NCBI GenBank assembly: GCA_965205855.1
Contig: OZ242184.1
Coordinates: 384,001-448,000, forward strand
Reading direction: 5' to 3'
Source: Thermodesulfobacteriota bacterium
GTDB lineage: Bacteria > Desulfobacterota_D > UBA1144 > Nemesobacterales > Mycalebacteriaceae
Length of the DNA: 64,000 bases
The translations under genes were made by a program, and so were the position numbers. A model generated the notes under the pieces. That model ran no database searches. It had not been told where the DNA came from and saw only the letters and a program-made list of their open reading frames with translations. This document shows positions 29,834-38,472 of the stretch, piece after piece; position 1 is the first letter of the stretch; every line of letters starts with the position of its first letter.

Positions 29834-30577
29834 ATGGGTGGAATTTCAGTTGTCAGTTTGCCAGAACACAAAAAGGCCGCGCTTGTTACCGGAGGCGCTA
29901 AACGTATCGGCAGAGGTGTTTGTCTGCACCTTGCCGATATGGGATATGACATAGCTCTTCACTACTTTGGTTCCCGCGCCGATGCGGAGAAAACCGCCGG
30001 GCTAATTAGGCAAAAAGGTCTTTGTTGCGAGTTGTTCCGCGCGGATCTTTCAAAACCGCATAACGCTGAAAAACTTCTGGAAAGAGCGCACGTGAAATTC
30101 GGCAGTTTTTCCGTTCTTGTCAATAATGCGTCGGTGTTTGAGAAAGCCTCATTCATGGAAGTTACCGAACGGATGTTTGAAGATGATATGGCGGTCAACT
30201 TCAAGGCGCATTTTTTTACCTCTCAGACTTTCGCACGGCTCAACCGCAAGGGGCTTATTGTGAACATAATTGATTCGCGCGTATCAAAGAACCACACCTT
30301 GCATTTCACATATAATCTCAGCAAAAAATGCCTGTATCATTTCACTTTTGCTGCGGCAAAAGCGCTCGCGCCTTCAATCAGAGTTAACGCCATATGCCCG
30401 GGGCCGATTATGAAAGCAGAGGCTGATGACAAGGCGTCTTTCAGAAAAACAGCGCTGGAGACTCCATTGAAAAAAACCGGAGATGTAAAACACATAAACC
30501 TTGCCCTTGAGTATCTTGTAAACAATCCGTTTGTAACCGGTGAAGCGCTTTTTGTTGACGGAGGGCAGCACCTTTGA
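29834..30577 (+). CDS. SDR oxidoreductase, pteridine reductase/FolM-like
   Basis: TGGAKRIG (Arg typical of pteridine reductases), VNNAS, YNLSK, VDGG; adjacent to folB. Confidence 0.85.
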   Translation: MGGISVVSLPEHKKAALVTGGAKRIGRGVCLHLADMGYDIALHYFGSRADAEKTAGLIRQKGLCCELFRADLSKPHNAEKLLERAHVKFGSFSVLVNNASVFEKASFMEVTERMFEDDMAVNFKAHFFTSQTFARLNRKGLIVNIIDSRVSKNHTLHFTYNLSKKCLYHFTFAAAKALAPSIRVNAICPGPIMKAEADDKASFRKTALETPLKKTGDVKHINLALEYLVNNPFVTGEALFVDGGQHL

Positions 30578-30930
30578 TGTTAATTAATATAGAAAACCTG
30601 AGACTCAGAACAATTATCGGGATATTTGAATGGGAGAAGAAAAACCTCCAAGATATAGTGATAAACGTGGAGATGGAGGTTGATTGCCGGGAGCCGGTCT
30701 TACGGGATGATATTTCAAGCACGGTGGATTACAAAAATCTGACCAAACAAATCATAGGTTTGATTGAAGGCGGGAAGTTCGGACTTCTGGAAACAGTCGC
30801 GGGCAGAGTTGCGGAGATTGCCCTTTCCGATGAAAAAGTTCGCAAAGTCGCGGTCAGGGTCGAAAAGCCCGGAGCGCTCAGATTTGCCGACTCGGTTTCG
30901 GTAACATATACGGATGAAAGACGGCAGTAA
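30574..30930 (+). CDS. folB: Dihydroneopterin aldolase/epimerase
   Basis: IIGIFEWE, TVDY, LLETVA, KPGALRFADSVSV. Confidence 0.88.
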   Translation: MMLINIENLRLRTIIGIFEWEKKNLQDIVINVEMEVDCREPVLRDDISSTVDYKNLTKQIIGLIEGGKFGLLETVAGRVAEIALSDEKVRKVAVRVEKPGALRFADSVSVTYTDERRQ

Positions 30931-32749
30931 CGACCGACACCGGAGACTTGGGCTTGTGAAAAACTCAAAAAACTTCAAGGCAAAGGGTGTGAAGTGGAAT
31001 TTGTCCGACCTCTATTCCGGTCCGGACGACAGGAAAATCAGAAAGAATGTTGAGGAGTGCCTTAAACGCGCCTCGTCTTTTGAAAAAAAATACAGAAACA
31101 CTGTTTCAACGGGGAAATTGTCCGCCGTGCGTTTCTTTGAGATGCTGAAAACCCTTGAGGCAATCAGTGAATCGGCGGCGAAAATCTACTCCTACGCCCA
31201 CCTGTTGCATGCGGCAAACACGAGCGACCCCAAGACGGGAGCGTTGCTCCAATACGCCCGGGAACAGTATACGGAAATAAACGCCCACCTTCTTTTTTTC
31301 GACATTGAGTTTGTGAGAATGTCCGCGAAAAAAACGGAGAAACTTTTTAGAAACAGAAAACTCGCCCCGTATCGTCACTTCCTCGATATAAAACTTTCCC
31401 ACAAGCCCCATACTCTCGGTGAAAAAGAAGAGAAATTGATGATGGAAAAATCCGTTACGGGGTCGGGAGCATTCAAAAGATTTTTTGACGAATTCGTCGC
31501 GGATATGAGTTTTGAAGTAACAATTCCCGGGAAAACCCGCAAAATCAGCGAGACTGAGACTTTGTCTCTGCTCTACAGTTCCGACAGACAAACGCGAAAA
31601 GCGGCGGCACGGGGCCTTACTGGAGGACTCAAAGAAAACTCGAAAACTCTCACTTTTATTTTCAACACGCTTGTTGCCGACCATTGGCTAAATGACAGAA
31701 TCAGGATGTTCAAAACCCCCATGTCTTCGAGAAACCTTGCCAATGAGGTTGACGGAAAAGTCATTGACCGTTTGCTTGAGGCGTGCGAAGCCAACTACGG
31801 ACTTGTCAAACGCTACTACAAATTCAAAAAGAAGCTGCTCGGTTTGAGAGATTTTGCCGATTACGACAGATATGCTCCCGTCCATCCGCTCCGCAAGAAA
31901 ATCAGTTTCGACGAAGCGCGCGAGGTAGTTCTTGAATCTCTGGAAAGCTTTTCCGGTCAGATGGCGGACACCGCGCGGCTTTTCTTTGACAACAATTGGA
32001 TAGACGCCGAATGCCGGAAAGGAAAATACGGCGGAGCGTTCAGCAGCTCAACCGTTCCGTCCGCGCATCCGTATATTCTCATGAACTATCAGGGCAGTCC
32101 TCGCGATGTTATGACTCTTGCCCATGAGCTCGGGCACGGAATTCACCAGTTTCTTTCAAGGGAACAGGGTTATTTCCAGAGTGACGCTCCGCTTACCGTT
32201 AGTGAGACCGCAAGCGTGTTTTCAGAGATGCTTGTGTTTCGGAAACTTTTGCAAAACAGCGGCGGAAAAGACAGGCTCGCTCTGCTCTGTGGAAGACTTG
32301 AAGAATCCTTTGCAACTGTTTTCCGCCAAACGGTCATGACGAGGTTTGAGCAATCTCTTCACGAGGCGCGGCGGAGCGAAGGTGAGCTGCCGACCGTGCG
32401 GGTGAATGAATTGTGGATAAAAGCGAACCGTGCAATGTTTGGTGATTCGGTAACTCTCACGGCGGATTACGGGTTGTGGTGGATGTATGTTCCGCATTTT
32501 GTACACTCGCCTTTCTATTGTTATTCATATTCATTTGGAGAGATTCTGGTTCTTTCGCTTTACGGGGAATACACACGTCACGGCGGCGGGTTTGTTCCGG
32601 GATATATCGACCTTCTTTCTTCCGGCGGGAGTGACAGTCCGGAAGTTTTAATTCGCAAAACAGGCGTTGACATATCCAAGCCGGGTTTCTGGAGAAAAGG
32701 TTTCGGATTGCTGGAGGATATGCTTGAAGAGGCCGTTTCGCTTGCTTGA
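30914..32749 (+). CDS. pepF: M3B oligoendopeptidase F
   Basis: WNLSDLY, GKYGGAF, TLAHELGH zinc motif, SETAS, PFYCYSY; start may be GTG near 30956. Confidence 0.92.
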   Translation: MKDGSNDRHRRLGLVKNSKNFKAKGVKWNLSDLYSGPDDRKIRKNVEECLKRASSFEKKYRNTVSTGKLSAVRFFEMLKTLEAISESAAKIYSYAHLLHAANTSDPKTGALLQYAREQYTEINAHLLFFDIEFVRMSAKKTEKLFRNRKLAPYRHFLDIKLSHKPHTLGEKEEKLMMEKSVTGSGAFKRFFDEFVADMSFEVTIPGKTRKISETETLSLLYSSDRQTRKAAARGLTGGLKENSKTLTFIFNTLVADHWLNDRIRMFKTPMSSRNLANEVDGKVIDRLLEACEANYGLVKRYYKFKKKLLGLRDFADYDRYAPVHPLRKKISFDEAREVVLESLESFSGQMADTARLFFDNNWIDAECRKGKYGGAFSSSTVPSAHPYILMNYQGSPRDVMTLAHELGHGIHQFLSREQGYFQSDAPLTVSETASVFSEMLVFRKLLQNSGGKDRLALLCGRLEESFATVFRQTVMTRFEQSLHEARRSEGELPTVRVNELWIKANRAMFGDSVTLTADYGLWWMYVPHFVHSPFYCYSYSFGEILVLSLYGEYTRHGGGFVPGYIDLLSSGGSDSPEVLIRKTGVDISKPGFWRKGFGLLEDMLEEAVSLA

Positions 32750-32797
32750 AAAGGCCTGTTTGCGCTTCCGGCGACTTTAAGAGAGAATTGAAAGGCA

Positions 32798-32923
32798 ATG
32801 GTATATTTCATAGCGTCATGCGTTGTTACATGGTCGGTTTTGGGCTTTTACGCGCTGGTTCTTATTGCGAGAAGCCGCCGCTTGGGGCATCTCGCCGAGG
32901 GTGAGGTTGCGGACGGGCGGTAA
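32798..32923 (+). CDS. ccmD: CcmD-like heme exporter protein D (41 aa, below the ORF-track cut-off)
   Basis: Manual translation MVYFIASCVVTWSVLGFYALVLIARSRRLGHLAEGEVADGR*: hydrophobic helix with Y/W/Y then a basic RSRR tail, directly upstream of ccmE. Confidence 0.78.
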   Translation: MVYFIASCVVTWSVLGFYALVLIARSRRLGHLAEGEVADGR

Positions 32924-32946
32924 CGTCTTCCTATCGGATTCTCACA

Positions 32947-33357
32947 ATGTTTTCCCCGAAGATAAAAATCGTTGTTCCGGTGGTTCTGATTTTGTGCTCG
33001 GTCGCCTATATGGTTTACGATGGCGTGAGCAATACGATGGTCTATTACCTGACCGTTTCCGAACTTGAGCGCACCTTTGTGGAAGGGAAAAGATACAGGG
33101 TTTCGGGTCCCGTTCTGGAGAAGAGTGTTGTGAAGGAACCGGACGGCGGATTGAGATTTTCAATAAGCGACGATGCCGGAAAAATCCTTGAAGTTTATTA
33201 TCGCGGCACGGTGCCCGACACTTTCAGGGAGGGGGTTGAAGCGGTTGTTGAAGGGGTTTACAGTAATTCAGAAATTTTTGTGGCGGATATTCTTCTCGCA
33301 AAATGCCCGACCAAGTATGAATCCTCGGACGGTTTGTACTTAAAGAGTAACAACTAA
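32947..33357 (+). CDS. ccmE: Cytochrome c maturation heme chaperone CcmE (CxxxY type)
   Basis: TM anchor, YYLTVSE, VPDTFREG, LAKCPTKY. Confidence 0.93.
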   Translation: MFSPKIKIVVPVVLILCSVAYMVYDGVSNTMVYYLTVSELERTFVEGKRYRVSGPVLEKSVVKEPDGGLRFSISDDAGKILEVYYRGTVPDTFREGVEAVVEGVYSNSEIFVADILLAKCPTKYESSDGLYLKSNN

Positions 33358-33359
33358 AA

Positions 33360-35330
33360 ATGAACTTATATGAGCTGGGCGGCACGGCAGTCGCTTTTTG
33401 TTTCCTTCTCTCGGTTTATTCGCTTGTTTGCTCCTTTGCCGGAGGTGTGTTTCACAACTCCCGCCTGATTAAAAGCGCCGAGTTCTCGGTTGTCGCGGGC
33501 TTTTTTCTCCTGACAGCGGCGGCGGGTCTTCTTCTGAGCCAGTTGGCATCTCTCAACTTTGAATTGAAATATGTGGCGATGAACACAAGTTCGGACCTGC
33601 CTCTTATATACCGGTTTACTTCGTTGTGGGCGGGGCAGTCCGGATCGCTTTTACTTTGGTGCCTTGTTCTTTCCGCATACTCGGCGGTTTTTGTTTTACG
33701 AGGGGGAGATTCGTCTCCCAGGAGTCGTGCTCTCAAGCCTTACGTGACGGGGGTCCTATCCGGGGTGTCGGTGTTTTTTATCTTTCTCATAGCTTTTGTG
33801 GAGAGCCCGTTTGAGACCCTTCCGTTCGCACCGGATGAGGGGCGGGGGCTGAATCCCATCCTTCAAAATCCGTATATGGCGATTCACCCGCTTGCCCTCT
33901 ATATCGGTTATGTGGGTATAACCGTTCCGTACGCTTTTGGCATGGGCGCTCTTTTAAGCGGAAAGGTGGACTCTCTTTGGATCGGCCTTTCACGCAGATG
34001 GACTCTTTTTTCCTGGGGTTTTCTCAGCCTCGGATTGTTACTGGGCGCGAGGTGGGCCTATCTAGAGCTCGGTTGGGGCGGCTACTGGGCATGGGATCCG
34101 GTTGAAAACGCCGCGTTTATGCCGTGGCTTTCGGGCACTGCTTTTCTGCACTCAATAATGGTTCAGAGACAAAGAAACATGTTTATGAAGTGGAACATCC
34201 TGCTGCTTGCAATCACTTTTTTCCTTTCTATTTTCGGAACCTTTATAACCCGAAGCGGTGTGGTTTCATCCGTTCATTCGTTCGCTCTGTCCGACATAGG
34301 CCCGATGTTTGCGGGTTTTCTGGCTTTTATAGCAGTGTTTTCCTTCGCCGCATTTATGCTTCGCAGGGACAGGTTTGCCGAAGAAAGCAAGTTTGATTCC
34401 GCGCTTTCAAAGGAGAGCGCTTTTGTTTTTAACAACGTTCTTTTTCTCGCGGCGGCTTTTGTGGTTTTTCTTGGAACGGTTTTCCCCATTCTTTCCGAAG
34501 CCGTAACGGGAACGCGCATACTTGTGGGACCGCCGTATTTCAACCGGCTTAATGTTCCCATCGGTCTTGTGCTTATAGCGCTTATGGGAGTGGGGGTCCT
34601 TTTATCGTGGAGGAATACCCCGGCAAGGGTTTTTGTGCGCGTGTTGTTTCCACCCTTTCTTTGCGCTCTTGCGACCGCGTTTTTTCTCGTGGTGGCGGGT
34701 GTGAGAGATATCTCCGCGATTGCCGCATTTTCTCTGTGCGTTTTTTCGTCCGCATCAGCGGTGTCAGAGTTTTACAAAGGAGCACAAATATTACGCGCGC
34801 GTGGAGGCGGACGGCTTTCGGCTTTTTTTGCGCTTTTCTCCAAGGACTCAAGAAAATACGGCGGCTATATTGTTCATATCGGGGTCGCAGTGATAGTTGC
34901 GGGCATTACGGCATCATCTGTTTTCCCGACAAAAAACGAAATCTCCATGATGCCGGGCGATAAAGTTTCTATCGGCCGATATAACCTGACATACGACGGG
35001 ACAGAGCGCCGGACTACCGTGGCAAAGGATGTTCTTTCCGCCCGTATTTCAGTTTCAACAAATGGCAGGGCGGTGGGTGTTCTCGTTGCGGAGAAAAACC
35101 GTTACTTATACGAAGGTAACAGAGAGATAAATCGCGAAACGGAGGTCGGTCTTCTGTCTTCGTGGAAGGACGACCTGTATGTCGTTCTTATGGAAACCGG
35201 AGCTGATGGTTCGGCACTGATGCTGTTTGTGCTCAATCCCATGGTCTCATGGATATGGACGGGCGGGGTTGTGCTTCTTCTCGGTGCTGCGATGTCGTTT
35301 TCCGGGGCGCGCAAGAGAGGAAAAAAATGA
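33360..35330 (+). CDS. ccmF: Cytochrome c heme lyase CcmF
   Basis: GLNPILQNP, IHP, WGGYWAWDPVEN (WWD domain), TRSG, SVHSF. Confidence 0.96.
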   Translation: MNLYELGGTAVAFCFLLSVYSLVCSFAGGVFHNSRLIKSAEFSVVAGFFLLTAAAGLLLSQLASLNFELKYVAMNTSSDLPLIYRFTSLWAGQSGSLLLWCLVLSAYSAVFVLRGGDSSPRSRALKPYVTGVLSGVSVFFIFLIAFVESPFETLPFAPDEGRGLNPILQNPYMAIHPLALYIGYVGITVPYAFGMGALLSGKVDSLWIGLSRRWTLFSWGFLSLGLLLGARWAYLELGWGGYWAWDPVENAAFMPWLSGTAFLHSIMVQRQRNMFMKWNILLLAITFFLSIFGTFITRSGVVSSVHSFALSDIGPMFAGFLAFIAVFSFAAFMLRRDRFAEESKFDSALSKESAFVFNNVLFLAAAFVVFLGTVFPILSEAVTGTRILVGPPYFNRLNVPIGLVLIALMGVGVLLSWRNTPARVFVRVLFPPFLCALATAFFLVVAGVRDISAIAAFSLCVFSSASAVSEFYKGAQILRARGGGRLSAFFALFSKDSRKYGGYIVHIGVAVIVAGITASSVFPTKNEISMMPGDKVSIGRYNLTYDGTERRTTVAKDVLSARISVSTNGRAVGVLVAEKNRYLYEGNREINRETEVGLLSSWKDDLYVVLMETGADGSALMLFVLNPMVSWIWTGGVVLLLGAAMSFSGARKRGKK

Positions 35331-35455
35331 CTGTTGAAGGCCTGATTGCGGTTTTTGTATCGGTAGCCGTTTCAGTTTTTGTGGTCAGTCCCTTCTTTAT
35401 GCGGAGCGGAAAGCCGCGCGGGGATGAAGACAACGGAAGCGGAGAAGAGAATTGA
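35327..35455 (+). CDS. Small single-TM protein (42 aa), possibly a CcmI N-terminal-like peptide
   Basis: MTVEGLIAVFVSVAVSVFVVSPFF...; ATGA overlap with ccmF stop and TTGA overlap with the next gene. Confidence 0.65.
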   Translation: MTVEGLIAVFVSVAVSVFVVSPFFMRSGKPRGDEDNGSGEEN

Positions 35456-36705
35456 GGATTCAAACTTTTTCAGCCGCTCTCCTTGTCCTGTTTTGCTGTT
35501 TGTCTGTCCACCCGGCGGGTGCGGGTTCGGAAGGCGGAGAGTTGTTTGTTGAGCGCAAATGCGTCCGTTGCCACACTGTCGGGAGAGGAAGGTTTGTCGG
35601 TCCCGACCTCAAAGGTGTTTTCAGCAGATATACAAGAGAGAAAATCCGTCTCTGGATAACAAACCCTTCCGCCGTGTATCAAGAGGAGGGCAGGATACCC
35701 GTTAATGAAGGTTATCCGCCAATGCCTGTCACAAATGTCAGCCTCTCGGATGCGAAGAAGATAGAGAAATATCTGTTCTCTCTACGCAATATCCCCGATG
35801 AGACCGTCGGGGGAGGTTTGTTCGGCGGCAGTGTTGAGAACCGTACAACTGGCAAACTCGCCTCGGATATTGAAGTTCAGCTCGATTCGTTTATCGGAGA
35901 CCGTCAACTTTCAACCCGCTCGGCAAAAACCGGAAAAGACGGAGAGTTCCACTTTGACGGGCTTTTGTGGAGCGCGGCGCACAGGATATCAATACTGTAT
36001 GGCGGAGTTTTCTATGAAACCGCAAAAATGGTTTTCAGACCGGAGCAACGGGAGATTGAGGTTTATCTGCCGATATATGAAACGGCAACCGATGACAGTA
36101 CGATTGGAGTTGAGTTGAACCATATGATAGTTGAGCCGTCAGGGGGTGGAGCGGTGGTTGCGGAGTTTGTGGAGTTTGTGAACAGGGGTAATGCCGCTGT
36201 TGTTTCCGCAGGAGAAAAAGAAGATTCAGGGACTCTCCGTTTCGGAGTCCCGCGCGGAGCGGTGAGCACAAGCTTCATTCACGGTGTGGAACCGGAAAAG
36301 GTTTCGGGCAAAAACGGCGGGTTTATTTCTCTTCCCGTGCTTCCGGGTCTCAAAAGGGTTGTCTATTCCTACCTGATTCCTTTTCAAAGCGGCGCGTTCG
36401 GTTCCGGACGGGCGTCTTTTGCAAAAAACCTTGAATACGCCGCTTCTTCTTTTACTGTCATGTCTCCTGCGGGTGCGGGTGTTTCGGTTGAAGGTCTCGG
36501 CGACGGCAAACGGGTTTCCGGTGAGGACGGGAGAGTTTTTTTTCGTTGGGAAGGAAAAAACCTTGCCGAGGGACATGAGGTGAAAATTTCAGTTAACTCT
36601 CCGGGCGATAAGACTCCCGTATGGGTTATGCCGGCGGTGACTTTCACGGTTGTTCTTCTGATTGCGGCGCTACTGCGCAGGTTTGCTTCTTCAAGCAAGA
36701 AATGA
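35452..36705 (+). CDS. Exported c-type cytochrome fused to beta-rich domains with a C-terminal TM anchor
   Basis: Signal peptide; GGELF...CVRCH...GPDL...PPM class I cytochrome c; carboxypeptidase-regulatory-like segment (KTGKDGEFHFDGL); C-terminal TM. Confidence 0.85.
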   Translation: MRIQTFSAALLVLFCCLSVHPAGAGSEGGELFVERKCVRCHTVGRGRFVGPDLKGVFSRYTREKIRLWITNPSAVYQEEGRIPVNEGYPPMPVTNVSLSDAKKIEKYLFSLRNIPDETVGGGLFGGSVENRTTGKLASDIEVQLDSFIGDRQLSTRSAKTGKDGEFHFDGLLWSAAHRISILYGGVFYETAKMVFRPEQREIEVYLPIYETATDDSTIGVELNHMIVEPSGGGAVVAEFVEFVNRGNAAVVSAGEKEDSGTLRFGVPRGAVSTSFIHGVEPEKVSGKNGGFISLPVLPGLKRVVYSYLIPFQSGAFGSGRASFAKNLEYAASSFTVMSPAGAGVSVEGLGDGKRVSGEDGRVFFRWEGKNLAEGHEVKISVNSPGDKTPVWVMPAVTFTVVLLIAALLRRFASSSKK

Positions 36706-36715
36706 CGCGGTTACG

Positions 36716-36769
36716 CTTTCCACATTTTCCACAATTTTTAGAGTTGGAACGAACTGAACCTGTGGAATC
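36716..36769. repeat. Tandem and inverted TTCCACA motifs (DnaA-box-like) in a convergent intergenic region
   Basis: CTTTCCACA (36716-36724), TTTTCCACA (36725-36733), TGTGGAATC (36761-36769). Confidence 0.4.
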
Positions 36770-36779
36770 AAAACTGCCT

Positions 36780-38369
36780 TTAGCTTCCCGCGGCGGCATT
36801 GCGGTCTTTATCCTTGCTCCACTTTTTCCCCGTAAAAAACCGGCTCATTGCGTCCGCAAGTCCTTCCGCCGTGTGGTTTTTTGCCGTAACGGACGGTTTT
36901 AATCCCGCTTCTTTTGCGGTTTGTGCAGTTATGGGACCTATGCAGGCGATAGCCGTTCCGCGCAGAATTTCAGGGTCATTTCCGAATATACCGAGAAAGT
37001 GTCTCACTGATGACGAACTTGTGAATACCACCATGTCCGCAGAGCCGCGCGACAATTCCCTTTCAACCGCCTCAATGTCCGCGGGATTGTGTTTCGGCGT
37101 TCTTACGCGGTAACACGAGGCGGTTTCAACATCTGCTCCCATTTTTACAAGTCCTTCCGGCAAAGCATCCCTGGCTTTCTCCGCCCTTGGGATAAAAAAC
37201 CTTTTTCCCCGAATCCTGTGTTTTCCGAGCTCCGAAAGTATTCCCTCGGCGGTGTATTTTTCAGGCACAACATCCGCCATAACCCCCCGGTTGTTCAACG
37301 TTTCGGCGGTTTTGCTTCCTATACATACGGTTCTTACACCCGCAAGCGATCTTGAATCAAGCCCTTTGCCGCGCAGCCTCGTGAAAAACCTCTCCACTCC
37401 GTTGACGCTTGTGAATACCAGAAAATCACACGACGCAAGGTTTGCAATCATCCTGTCAGCGGCTTTCCACGAAGCCGGATGGTAGATTTCTATGCACGGG
37501 AAACTTATGACCTCCGCTCCGTGTTGCTGGAGAAGCTTGACAAAGCCCGCCGACTGTCCCGCGGGTCTGGTGATGATTATTTGTTTTCCGAACAGAGGTT
37601 TTTTCTCAAACCAGTTTAGCCTGTTTCTCAGTTTGATTGCGCCGCCCACCATAACGACCGCGGGAGACAGGGATTTCCCTTCTTCGCGAATTTTCCCCCG
37701 TATGTTTTCAAGCGTTCCGACAACGGTTTTTTGCGCACCCGTTGTTCCGCGTGAGGTTACCATAACGGGTGTTCGGCGGGGTTTTTTCATTTTTATCAGT
37801 TTTGCCGTTATCTCTTCGATGTTGTTAACAGACATAAGGAATACAACCGTTTCCATTCCAGAAATATGTTTCCAGTTAAGTTTTGAAGATTTTTTTCCGG
37901 GTTTTTCATGTCCGGTTACTACCGCGAAGGACGAGTTGAAGTCCCTGTGGGTCAGTGGCACGCCCGAATATGCGGCAACGGAGTGAACCGAACTCACTCC
38001 GGGAACTATCTCAACCGATATACCCTCCGACACAAGGGCTTCGGTTTCTTCGCCACCCCTTCCGAACACAAACGGGTCTCCGCCTTTCAGACGGACGACC
38101 TTTTTTCCCCGCCTTGCCCTGTTGATTAGCAACGCGTTAATCTCCTTCTGTTCAAGGGTTTTGAACCCTTTTTTCTTGCCCGCGAAAATAATCTCTGCTC
38201 CGCTCCGGGTGAATTCCAGAAGCGAATCGTTTGCGAGTGCGTCATAAATAACCACATCGGCCAGCGCCAGCGTTTCCATCCCCTTTATGGTTATTAGCCC
38301 CGGATCTCCCGGTCCCGCGCCGACCAGAAAAACCGCAGGATTTCCGCTTGATATTTTTCTGTTTTTCAT
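36780..38369 (-). CDS. cobA: Uroporphyrinogen-III C-methyltransferase/synthase fusion (CobA-HemD)
   Basis: VGAGPGDPGL, RLKGGDPFVFGRGGEE, VPLTHR, then a HemD domain (IITRP, FTSVNGV, FTSSSSV, IGPITA); start moved to ATG 38369. Confidence 0.94.
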   Translation of the reverse strand: MKNRKISSGNPAVFLVGAGPGDPGLITIKGMETLALADVVIYDALANDSLLEFTRSGAEIIFAGKKKGFKTLEQKEINALLINRARRGKKVVRLKGGDPFVFGRGGEETEALVSEGISVEIVPGVSSVHSVAAYSGVPLTHRDFNSSFAVVTGHEKPGKKSSKLNWKHISGMETVVFLMSVNNIEEITAKLIKMKKPRRTPVMVTSRGTTGAQKTVVGTLENIRGKIREEGKSLSPAVVMVGGAIKLRNRLNWFEKKPLFGKQIIITRPAGQSAGFVKLLQQHGAEVISFPCIEIYHPASWKAADRMIANLASCDFLVFTSVNGVERFFTRLRGKGLDSRSLAGVRTVCIGSKTAETLNNRGVMADVVPEKYTAEGILSELGKHRIRGKRFFIPRAEKARDALPEGLVKMGADVETASCYRVRTPKHNPADIEAVERELSRGSADMVVFTSSSSVRHFLGIFGNDPEILRGTAIACIGPITAQTAKEAGLKPSVTAKNHTAEGLADAMSRFFTGKKWSKDKDRNAAAGS

Positions 38370-38400
38370 CAGAGCCATTAGCAAAAACAAAGGGCGTCCC

Positions 38401-38427
38401 GTTGTCAAGAAGCGCGCGCTTGACAAC
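38401..38427. promoter_or_regulatory. Perfect 9-9-9 inverted repeat between divergent genes
   Basis: GTTGTCAAG-N9-CTTGACAAC; each arm contains TTGACA. Confidence 0.55.
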
Positions 38428-38472
38428 AACCTTTTTTCTCTTAGTTTTATCAAGAGCGGGACTCCGCGCTAG

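Noticed and set aside
32799-32807. TGGTATATT as an extended -10 promoter for ccmE
   Set aside because: It coincides with the first codons of the ccmD-like ORF, which explains the sequence better.
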